A stretch of DNA of 8,237 nucleotides, the filler included, from Acidimicrobiia bacterium (GTDB taxonomy: Bacteria > Actinomycetota > Acidimicrobiia > Spongiisociales > CAZKJJ01): the NCBI GenBank assembly GCA_046759765.1. It is 5 parts of 5 records of this genome, joined end to end, with 100 filler letters (N's around TTAATTAATTAA, not from the genome) between each part and the next. Parts side by side here need not be neighbours in the genome. Positions count along the whole stretch, not along the records: positions 1 to 1,590 come from JBHICV010000304.1; positions 1,691 to 3,270 come from JBHICV010000305.1; positions 3,371 to 4,948 come from JBHICV010000306.1; positions 5,049 to 6,599 come from JBHICV010000307.1; positions 6,700 to 8,237 come from JBHICV010000308.1. One strand, 5' to 3'. Position 1 is the stretch's first letter; each line of letters opens with the position of its first letter. Position numbers and translations under genes: made by a program. The notes beneath the pieces were generated by a model. The model had not been told where the DNA came from. It was given only the letters and a program-made list of their open reading frames with translations, and made no database searches. This document shows, one piece after another, positions 1 through 6,785 of this stretch.

Positions 1-1521
1 ACCCCACTGGTCGAAGCTGTTGATGTTCCAGATGACTCCCTGAACGAAGATCTTGTGCTCGTAGAGGGCAATCAGCCGGCCCAGAGTCCTGGGCGTGATG
101 CGATCGACCAGAATCGACGTGGTCGGTCGGTTTCCGGTGAACACGCGGTGCGCCACCAGGTCATCCCGCCCGGATTCGCCCGCGGCCGCGAGCTCGGCGT
201 GAGCTTCCTCCTCCGTGCGACCGACCATGAGGGCCTCGGGCTGGGCGAAGAAGTTGGCCATCAGGATGTCGTGGTGCCGGCCGAGCGGATTGTGGGTGTG
301 GACCGGAGCGATGAAGTCGCACGGGATCAGCCGCGTTCCCTGGTGGATGAGCTGGTAGAAGGCGTGCTGGCCGTTCGTGCCGGGTTCGCCCCAGATGATC
401 GGGCCGGTATCATAGTCCTCGATACGTCCGCCCTCGCGATCGACACCCTTGCCATTGCTCTCCATGTCGCCCTGCTGGAAGTAGGCTGCGAAGCGATGCA
501 GATACTGGTCGTAGGGCAGAATGGCGTGAGAGTGGGCGTCGAAGAAATTGTGGTACCAGATGCCCAGAAGGGCCATCACGACCGGGATGTTGTCGGCCAA
601 GGGTGTCGCGCGGAAGTGCTCGTCCACGTCGTGGGCACCCTGCAAGAGCTCTTCGAAGCGGTCCATGCCGATGGCGAGGACGATCGGCAATCCGATTGCC
701 GACCACAGCGAGTAGCGACCTCCGACCCAGTCCCAGAACGGAAACATGTTTTCGGTGTCGATGCCGAACTCGCCCACCTGCTTCGCATTGGTGGACAGCG
801 CCACGAAATGCCTCGCAACCGCGGCCCTGTCGCCCAGCGCGTTCAGCAACCAGGTGCGCGCCGACGTGGCGTTGGTGATCGTCTCCTTGGTAGTAAACGT
901 CTTGGACGCGACCGTGAACAGCGTCGTTTCCGGCGAAAGCCCCTTGAGGGTTTCCGCCAGGTGTGTGCCATCGATGTTGGAAACGAAGTGAACCTGCAAG
1001 CCGTCCTTCCAATACGGCTTCAGTGCCTCCGTCACCATGACCGGGCCCAGGTCCGAGCCACCGATGCCGATGTTCACGATGTCCGTGACTCGCTTGCCGG
1101 TGTAGCCCTTCCAATTCCCGCTGCGGATGGCCGTCGAGAACGATCGCATCCTCTCGAGCACGCCGTTGACCGACGGCATGACGTCCTCACCATCGACCTC
1201 GAGCGGACGATTGCTCCGATTGCGGAGCGCAACGTGCAGCACGGGCCGGTTCTCGGTGAAGTTGATCCGCTCACCGGAGAACATCCGCTCGATGTACCCG
1301 GAGACGTCCGCTTGCTCGGCGAGCGCGACCAATAGACGCATGGTCTCTTCGGTGATGCGATGCTTCGAGTAGTCGAAGAGCAGAGCTCCGTCGAGGCTGC
1401 GGGAAAACCTCTCGAAGCGCCCGGCATCGGAGTCGAAGAGATCCCGGATGCGGAGATCCTCGATTTCGTCTCGATGGGCAGCGAGGGCCTTCCAGGCTGC
1501 CGATCCGGTCAGTTTTCCCAT
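1..1521 (-). CDS. pgi: Glucose-6-phosphate isomerase, 3'-partial (runs off the window at position 1)
   Basis: Manual minus-strand translation from ATG at 1521: [16 protein letters not shown]...[14 protein letters not shown]...[16 protein letters not shown]...[22 protein letters not shown]...[24 protein letters not shown]. These are hallmark PGI motifs. A GGAGAGG Shine-Dalgarno-like sequence lies at about 1530-1536. The ORF track omits it because there is no stop codon in the window. Confidence 0.98.
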   Translation of the reverse strand, partial: MGKLTGSAAWKALAAHRDEIEDLRIRDLFDSDAGRFERFSRSLDGALLFDYSKHRITEETMRLLVALAEQADVSGYIERMFSGERINFTENRPVLHVALRNRSNRPLEVDGEDVMPSVNGVLERMRSFSTAIRSGNWKGYTGKRVTDIVNIGIGGSDLGPVMVTEALKPYWKDGLQVHFVSNIDGTHLAETLKGLSPETTLFTVASKTFTTKETITNATSARTWLLNALGDRAAVARHFVALSTNAKQVGEFGIDTENMFPFWDWVGGRYSLWSAIGLPIVLAIGMDRFEELLQGAHDVDEHFRATPLADNIPVVMALLGIWYHNFFDAHSHAILPYDQYLHRFAAYFQQGDMESNGKGVDREGGRIEDYDTGPIIWGEPGTNGQHAFYQLIHQGTRLIPCDFIAPVHTHNPLGRHHDILMANFFAQPEALMVGRTEEEAHAELAAAGESGRDDLVAHRVFTGNRPTTSILVDRITPRTLGRLIALYEHKIFVQGVIWNINSFDQWG

Positions 1522-1590
1522 GAGGCGGCCCTCTCCGTGGCCCGCGAGGTCGACGATCGGCTGTTGTCGATGGCGGTGGCTGCGCCTTCC

Positions 1591-1690
1591 NNNNNNNNNN
1601 NNNNNNNNNNNNNNNNNNNNNNNNNNNNNNNNNNTTAATTAATTAANNNNNNNNNNNNNNNNNNNNNNNNNNNNNNNNNNNNNNNNNNNN
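1591..1690. other. Artificial contig spacer (100 nt of N with TTAATTAATTAA at 1635-1646)
   Basis: N run with a palindromic linker that gives stop codons in all six frames. Confidence 0.98.
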
Positions 1691-2002
1691 GATCGTCGTT
1701 CGTAGGCACCGTCATCGCTCCAGATCCGCTCTCCTGCAACCTAGGCCGTGCAGTCGCTCATCGTCTGATGGGGCAACAGCTTGTTCTCGGATCGCCGGCA
1801 AGCCACCACTCCAGCCGTTGGAGCTTGGGATCGAGAGATTCCGTGCGATGAGGCGAGTGTCCCGGCCGAGCCGCGCGATCGTGACCGATAGCAATCCGCC
1901 AACCGGGCTGAGCGGCACGTCTGCACCACCTGCGGGATCAGGCGGAGAGCGCAACACCCCGACCGCATCTGCGCACATCGTCGCCGCCGACGGAGTCGAC
2001 CG

Positions 2003-2998
2003 TCAGGCGGTTCCAGGGCCTGGAAGACGATACGAGGCGCCGGATTTGATGGGGAATTCGATACCCAAAGCCGGGGACCATCGCTCCGTGTCCGTCGTGA
2101 GCAGCAAAATCGCGTAATGCTTCCACCGGCCGAATCTGCTCTCGACAAAGGTGGTCATTGCTGCGTCGTCTGGATTGACGCCGTAGAGAAGTTCGAGGAT
2201 TTGCCGCGTGTAGGAATCGAGGTGGAATGAGGGTCGCCGGAACCCGATGGATAGCACCAGATCGGCGGTGAACGGGCCCACTCCTGGCAACTCCATCAGC
2301 GAATCCCGGACAGCTTCGGTGTTTGGCTCGTCCCTTAGCCTCTGCAGACCGTAATAGTCCCCTGTGATCCTCTTGGCGAGGGCGTGCAGGAGTCGAGCCC
2401 GATAACCGAGCCCACAGGAAGCCAGCTCCTCCTCACTCCTGGTAGCGATCACATCCACGGTTGGAAATGTGGATGCCACGCCACCGGAGTACCGCACAGG
2501 ACGTCCAAACTTTCGGGTGAGGCATTCCATGACCTGATAGGTCCTCGAGAAGTGAACCTTCTGGCTAGCCAACGCCGCAACGAGGGCTTCTAATACGCTG
2601 GGAGCAATCCTCAGGCGGGCGCCCCGCAGACCGTAATCAGCGGCTGCGCTCAACACGGGATCAGCCGGAACGATCTTGTCGTAGAAATCGGTCACGTCCT
2701 CGTTCAGACCCAGCGCGTCGCCAAGCGTCAACGTCAGCGAGTCGAGTCGGTGTGATTCGAGGGCCTGATCGGAGCTGATCACAACGCGGAGATCCGGTAC
2801 TTCGACGCTACCGAGGTTGCGAGAGATGGTGACGACCGGTGTGCCATCCGGCGTCACTAGCGGGCGAACAAGTTGGCGGCCCTCAACATGCCATGGCGCC
2901 ATGACGTAGTGATTAGTGAAGTGGCTCCACTGGACCGGGCCTGGCGCGGCAGCCAGCTTCAGCTCCAGATTCCACAGGTCATCTCCCGTTGCACTCAT
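2003..2998 (-). CDS. HhH-GPD superfamily DNA glycosylase (AlkA / 3-methyladenine glycosylase II / OGG1-like), about 331 aa
   Basis: Motifs GLRGARL..SVLEALVAALASQ, FPTVDVIA..EEELASCGLGYRA, the helix-hairpin-helix LMELPGVGPFTADLVL, a catalytic-position Asp in FHLDSYTRQIL, and FGRWKHYA. I prefer the ATG at 2998 (preceded by GGGGG) over the GTG at 3091 used by the track, but the start is uncertain. Confidence 0.88.
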   Translation of the reverse strand: MSATGDDLWNLELKLAAAPGPVQWSHFTNHYVMAPWHVEGRQLVRPLVTPDGTPVVTISRNLGSVEVPDLRVVISSDQALESHRLDSLTLTLGDALGLNEDVTDFYDKIVPADPVLSAAADYGLRGARLRIAPSVLEALVAALASQKVHFSRTYQVMECLTRKFGRPVRYSGGVASTFPTVDVIATRSEEELASCGLGYRARLLHALAKRITGDYYGLQRLRDEPNTEAVRDSLMELPGVGPFTADLVLSIGFRRPSFHLDSYTRQILELLYGVNPDDAAMTTFVESRFGRWKHYAILLLTTDTERWSPALGIEFPIKSGASYRLPGPGTA

Positions 2999-3147
2999 GT
3001 CCCCCGATTGCCCCTCGCCCAGGCCGATCCGACGTAACCCCGAGAGTCCAGGTTGATTCACCCTGGTTGGCGACGGCGCAGTATCCCCCACTGCTACAAG
3101 ACCAGGTTAGGAACGGCACCGAAACCCACACCCGAGCCGCCCATATC

Positions 3148-3270
3148 GGCAGCGTCCCGCTGAGAGGTGGAAATGTGAGGTGACTCTCAGCGGCTCCCTG
3201 CCACGTTAGGCGGCGGGGAGTTCGGGTGTCTGGGTGGTGGTGACCTCCTTTGGTGGTGGCTGGTCGATTT
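3148..3270 (-). mobile_element. Probable right end of an IS256-family insertion sequence (transposase C-terminal tail plus terminal inverted repeat), cut by the contig end
   Basis: Minus strand 3268-3206 reads IDQPPPKEVTTTQTPELPAA*, resembling the tails of actinobacterial IS256 transposases. About 30 nt later comes ATTTCCACCTCTCAGCGGGACGCTGCC (plus strand GGCAGCGTCCCGCTGAGAGGTGGAAAT from 3148), which fits the GG..gtCcc....gtggTgtAa pattern I recall for IS256 ends. A contig break inside a repeat is consistent. The partner end is not visible. Confidence 0.6.
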
Positions 3271-3370
3271 NNNNNNNNNNNNNNNNNNNNNNNNNNNNNN
3301 NNNNNNNNNNNNNNTTAATTAATTAANNNNNNNNNNNNNNNNNNNNNNNNNNNNNNNNNNNNNNNNNNNN
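3271..3370. other. Artificial contig spacer (linker at 3315-3326)
   Basis: N run with TTAATTAATTAA. Confidence 0.98.
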
Positions 3371-3399
3371 AAAGATTCAGGAAAGATGGGAATGAGGGA

Positions 3400-3984
3400 A
3401 TGATCAGAACGATATCCGCACTCGCCGCCGTCGCCTTGGCGTCTTCGGTGGCGCTTGCCGCCCAGCCGAGCCGGCACGCGCCCGTCCCCGATTCGCTCAT
3501 CAGCGAAATCAAGGCCTGGGCCAACGATCCCGTCGTGATCCAGGCAATCAAGGAACAAAACGCCAAGCACGCCTCGCTTTCGCAGGATGATATCGATCGG
3601 CTCGACAAGCAGTGGCGCGCCGAGACCAGGACCTTCACCCGGCGGCCGCTGATTGACAGTGTCTTGGGCAGGCCGCTGTCGGCTTATCTCAAGACGGTCA
3701 AGGCGCGGGCCGGCGGTCTCTACAACGAAATCTTCGTAATGGACAACAAGGGCCTGAATGTGGGCCAGAGCGACGTGACCTCCGACTACTGGCAGGGTGA
3801 TGAAGCCAAATGGCAAAAGACCTTCCTTGCGGGCTCTGACGCGATCTTTGTCGATGAGGTCGACTTCGACGAGTCGACCCAAACCTACCAGTCCCAGGTC
3901 AACATCTCGATCGCTGATCCGTCCTCCAACACGGTAATCGGCGCCGTGACGGTCGGCGTCAACGTCGACGAAATCCAGGAGTAG
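3400..3984 (+). CDS. Secreted/periplasmic stand-alone PDC/Cache-like sensor-domain protein, 194 aa
   Basis: Sec signal peptide MIRTISALAAVALASSVALA|A. The mature region has IDRLDKQWRAE, EIFVMDNKGLNVGQSDVTSDYWQGDEAKWQKTF and VDFDESTQTYQSQVNISI..D.....IGAVTVGVNV, a Cache/PDC-type strand pattern. Purine-rich RBS (GAGGG) upstream and GC3-rich codons. Confidence 0.82.
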   Translation: MIRTISALAAVALASSVALAAQPSRHAPVPDSLISEIKAWANDPVVIQAIKEQNAKHASLSQDDIDRLDKQWRAETRTFTRRPLIDSVLGRPLSAYLKTVKARAGGLYNEIFVMDNKGLNVGQSDVTSDYWQGDEAKWQKTFLAGSDAIFVDEVDFDESTQTYQSQVNISIADPSSNTVIGAVTVGVNVDEIQE

Positions 3985-4028
3985 TTCCGGCCGGACCATC
4001 ACGCCAATTCGGGGTTCGCGAGACCGAC

Positions 4029-4948
4029 ATGACGATGCAAGAGGCTCAGAGTGGAGTTGGCGCCGGCGCCACAGCCGGTCGCAGCCGCCGGACCATTGGC
4101 CGAAAGCTCGTGACCGTCGTCGCCGCGGCGACGACGATTGGCTTCGCCTCCATGGCGATGCTTCAGCTGGCGCATCACCGCAGGGACCTGTACGAGCTCG
4201 AGGCCGAGAACAACGTGACCGTCACCACCTTTTTGGCCAGAGAAATCTCCGGCGCCGTCCGGTGGAATAAGCCGGACCGTATCGAAGCGGTTTACAGCCG
4301 TTTCGCGAAGGATCAAAAGTGGTCCGCGCGGTCATCGAGGATGATTCGGTGGTCCTCATCGATGTTGACCACCTTCACCGTCTTCGACGGCGCCGGCAAG
4401 CGGCTCGCCGGCTTCCAATCGGACTCGCTGCCCCCCTACGATCTGTCGAACGCCGTGGAAACGGACCCTGAGGCCCTGGCGAAAGGGGAAACGGTGACGG
4501 TCATGACCGCCGATCACCACGTGGTCATCGCCCCGGTCGTCACGGGCAAGGAAGAGCAACCGATCGGAACCCTCGCCGTCGCCTGGAGCCGCGAGCGAGT
4601 CCGCGGGCAGATATCGCTGGCGCTGACCGGCCAGATTTCCCTTGCCGCCTTAATCCTCTTGGGATTGATCGGCCTGCTCACGTTCCTCCTCAACCGTATC
4701 GTCACCAATCCGGTCAAGGCGATACGGGTTGCAATGGATCGGCAAAAAGCCGGTGACCGCGCCGCCCGCGCTCCATCCCTGGCCAATGACGAAATCGGAG
4801 AGTTTGCCCAAACTTTCAACGGGATGCTCGATGCAATGGAGGAGCGCGACGAACTAAAGCGTTCGAACGCCGAGCTGGAACAGTTTGCCTATGTCGCCTC
4901 GCATGATTTGCAGGAGCCTTTACGCATGGTCGCAAGCTACTGTCAGCT
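4029..4948 (+). CDS. Membrane-bound sensor histidine kinase (TM1, periplasmic domain, TM2, HAMP, HisKA), 3'-partial
   Basis: TM1 LVTVVAAATTIGFASMAMLQL; TM2 ISLAALILLGLIGLLTFLL; HAMP NPVKAIRVAM...GD..ARAP...NDEIGEFAQTFNGML; H-box ELKRSNAELEQFAYVASHDLQEPLRMV of the Cph1/bacteriophytochrome-like kinase core family. The contig end removes the ATPase domain. The start could be 4029 or 4035. Confidence 0.92.
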
Positions 4949-5048
4949 NNNNNNNNNNNNNNNNNNNNNNNNNNNNNNNNNNNNNNNNNNNNTTAATTAA
5001 TTAANNNNNNNNNNNNNNNNNNNNNNNNNNNNNNNNNNNNNNNNNNNN
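4949..5048. other. Artificial contig spacer (linker at 4993-5004)
   Basis: N run with TTAATTAATTAA. Confidence 0.98.
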
Positions 5049-5050
5049 AC

Positions 5051-5656
5051 AACGACGTCAAGGCCAAGGCGCTCGGCCTCGACGCTGACGAGAGGATGCT
5101 GTACCACCGCGAGCACTCGAAACCGCAGATGTCGAGGCTTTGGGCGATGTGCAAGGAGAAGATCGACTCCAACCTTGTCGAGCCCAACTCGCCTCTGTGG
5201 GAGCCCGTCTCCTTCGTCATCAACCAGTGGCCTCGCCTCACCAAGTTCTACGAGCTTCCCGGAGTCCCCCTCGACACGAACCTGGTCGAGCAAGCCCTGA
5301 TCATCCCGGTGCGCTATCTCGCCGGCTCCTTCGCCTACAAGACCCAGAACGGCGCCGATGTCGGCGATCGCCACATGTCCTTGATCGCAACCGCCAACGC
5401 CAACGGTATCGAGCCGGTTGCCTACCTCACCGAGTGCCTGCGAAACCACGAGGACCTCGCCAAGAGGCCCAACCACTACCTGCCCTGGGTTTACCGTGAC
5501 CGACTCGAGGAGCTCGACAGGGTCCCACAGGCCCAGCCGCTCACGCCGTCGAGCCCGAGCCCACTTCCTTCGCAGGAAGTCCAGCACCCCCTACGGCCCG
5601 GGACTCATCGAGCCGGAGAGTCGCAACCCATTGCCGAGCTCGGACCCGATGGTTGA
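5051..5656 (+). CDS. tnpC: IS66-family DDE transposase TnpC, 5'-partial (C-terminal ~200 aa)
   Basis: The frame is open from the contig start: NDVKAKALGLDADERMLYHREHSKP...VEPNSPLW....INQWPRLTKF...GVPLDTNLVEQAL...GADVGDRHMSLIATANANGIEPVAYL...HYLPW. This follows the IS66 C-terminal pattern (P.DNN..ER..; SLI.TA..NG..P..YL; LPW). The track's ATG at 5096 is internal. Confidence 0.9.
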   Translation, partial: NDVKAKALGLDADERMLYHREHSKPQMSRLWAMCKEKIDSNLVEPNSPLWEPVSFVINQWPRLTKFYELPGVPLDTNLVEQALIIPVRYLAGSFAYKTQNGADVGDRHMSLIATANANGIEPVAYLTECLRNHEDLAKRPNHYLPWVYRDRLEELDRVPQAQPLTPSSPSPLPSQEVQHPLRPGTHRAGESQPIAELGPDG

Positions 5657-5688
5657 CCGCGAAGCCGACCGTGTCTGCGGGCGCGCCC

Positions 5689-6045
5689 CTACGCGACCTT
5701 CCTCCAGAGGTCAGGGAACGAGCAGCTCGACGGATCGCCGCCCCAGATGAGAACCTGAAGGTCGCGCGCGAGCAGGGGCGAGCAGGGCTCCGTACCGTCG
5801 CTCGTCGGCCAGTTGGAGAACGTCCCCTTCGACAGCCGCCGCGTGCAGAGCCAGAACCCGCCACCGTCGTAGAACAGGATGCGGAGCATGTGGCGTCCAC
5901 GGTTACGGAACACGAAGTACGCCCCGCTCATCGGCTCCTTGCTCAGCACCACCCGAGCCACCGCCGCCAGCCCGTCGATGCCCTTCCGGAAGCTCACCGA
6001 CTCGTGCATCACGAACACGCTCGCCTGCGCAGGGATCTGGATCAT
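5689..6045 (-). CDS. tnpB: IS66 accessory protein TnpB (Orf2), 118 aa
   Basis: MIQIPAQASVFV..ESVSFRKGIDGLAA...EPMSGAYFVFRNRGRHMLRILFYDGGGFWLCTRRLSKGTF..WP matches the IS66 TnpB motif series. Its ATG overlaps the upstream stop (ATGA, 6042-6045). It is unrelated to IS200/605 TnpB nucleases. Confidence 0.93.
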   Translation of the reverse strand: MIQIPAQASVFVMHESVSFRKGIDGLAAVARVVLSKEPMSGAYFVFRNRGRHMLRILFYDGGGFWLCTRRLSKGTFSNWPTSDGTEPCSPLLARDLQVLIWGGDPSSCSFPDLWRKVA

Positions 6046-6443
6046 CGGATACCCCCCAAGCCGCACATCGCCGAGAGCAACCGCATCAGCTCGGGCGTCT
6101 GCTCGAACATGCGGAGCGTCACCCCCGAGCCTGTCTCGACCTCGGCGAGGGGGCGGAGGCTCGGCGCCGACGGCGCGCTCAACTCCAGCCGCGAGAACCT
6201 GGGAACCGACCGCGGCTTGCCCTTCGTCTTCTCGTCCGGCGCCTTCCTGCCCGCCGGCCTGCTCCGAAACAGCCGGGCCCGCTCCACCCGCGTCACACCC
6301 ACCACGGCCCTCACCCCATGCTTCTCCGTGGCCCGCCGCGCCCGGGCCAGCAGCTCCTCAGGCATCGCCTCGCGCGCGTGCTTCTTCCTCCTCCGCCACT
6401 CTGCGAACGCCGACCTCAGCTCATCCAGTGAATCGACCTTCAT
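6042..6443 (-). CDS. tnpA: IS66 TnpA-like (Orf1) putative HTH protein, 133 aa
   Basis: ATG at 6443 with a GGAGGA RBS at 6451-6456. MKVDSLDELRSAFAEWRRRKKHAREAMPEELLARA...GV...F..LEL...EVETGSGVTLR resembles IS66 Orf1 proteins. It is translationally coupled to tnpB. Confidence 0.75.
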   Translation of the reverse strand: MKVDSLDELRSAFAEWRRRKKHAREAMPEELLARARRATEKHGVRAVVGVTRVERARLFRSRPAGRKAPDEKTKGKPRSVPRFSRLELSAPSAPSLRPLAEVETGSGVTLRMFEQTPELMRLLSAMCGLGGIR

Positions 6444-6599
6444 GTCAAGTTCCTCCTGACGGCCACCACCGCCGCCTAGGAGGAACATACGATGGAAGAA
6501 GACCGGATCCGGTCACACTTGCCGGAACAGTAGGTGCCAATTCCCTCTGCAAACGCAACCATGCCGACCATTGTGAAGAACACATAAAATACAAACGAA

Positions 6600-6699
6600 N
6601 NNNNNNNNNNNNNNNNNNNNNNNNNNNNNNNNNNNNNNNNNNNTTAATTAATTAANNNNNNNNNNNNNNNNNNNNNNNNNNNNNNNNNNNNNNNNNNNN
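6600..6699. other. Artificial contig spacer (linker at 6644-6655)
   Basis: N run with TTAATTAATTAA. Confidence 0.98.
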
Positions 6700-6701
6700 G
6701 C

Positions 6702-6785
6702 GGGGCGTCCGATGACGCTGCGATCCTGTTGAGTAACCGGTTTGAGAAGGAGCGGCTAGAGACCGCGCGGCGCGGCGGACCGTGA
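6702..6785 (+). CDS. Possible C-terminal fragment of an unknown protein (5'-partial)
   Basis: Open frame from the contig start: GASDDAAILLSNRFEKERLETARRGGP*. The composition looks helical and protein-like, but no family is recognisable. Confidence 0.3.
   Translation, partial: GASDDAAILLSNRFEKERLETARRGGP

Larger units (their letters stand above)
5049..6533. mobile_element. IS66-family insertion sequence, partial (tnpC 3' part, tnpB, tnpA, one putative terminus near 6533)
   Basis: Three IS66-type ORFs are clustered. The candidate terminus reads CTACTGTTCCGGCAAGTGTGACCGG on the minus strand from 6533, and the sequence becomes noticeably more AT-rich beyond it. The exact boundary is inferred. 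Confidence 0.8.

Noticed and set aside
55..1335. 426-aa plus-strand ORF and the smaller ORFs within 410-1642
   Set aside because: They are antisense or off-frame shadows of pgi, which are common in GC-rich genes. They have no independent motifs.
1691..2002. Short overlapping ORFs downstream of the glycosylase, and a possible minus-strand gene start at 1715 (MTVPTNDD...)
   Set aside because: No recognisable domains. The 1715 start gives only 8 codons before the gap, too little to support a call.
3241..3250. Perfect AAGGAGGT Shine-Dalgarno on the minus strand, or CCTCCTT resembling a 16S rRNA 3' end on the plus strand
   Set aside because: No start codon follows and there is no 16S context. 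It is explained as the K-E-V codons of the putative transposase tail.
3315..4819. Minus-strand ORFs 3315-3638, 3319-4002, 3999-4316, 4356-4559 and 4514-4819
   Set aside because: They are shadows of the two well-supported plus-strand genes, and some run into N gaps.
4840..4948. Calling the kinase a bacteriophytochrome
   Set aside because: Only the H-box is phytochrome-like. There is no PAS-GAF-PHY module and the protein is membrane-anchored.
5689..6045. TnpB as an RNA-guided nuclease (IS200/605 or Cas12 type)
   Set aside because: The name is shared but the family is different. This is the 118-aa IS66 Orf2 with no RuvC or zinc-finger motifs.
1635..6655. Four regularly spaced TTAATTAATTAA repeats as a biological repeat or CRISPR-like array
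   Set aside because: Each is embedded in an N run and is an assembly-joining linker.
5653..6655. Long plus-strand ORFs 5653-6459 and 5879-6655
   Set aside because: They are antisense to IS66 tnpB and tnpA, with Arg/Pro/Ala-rich shadow composition.
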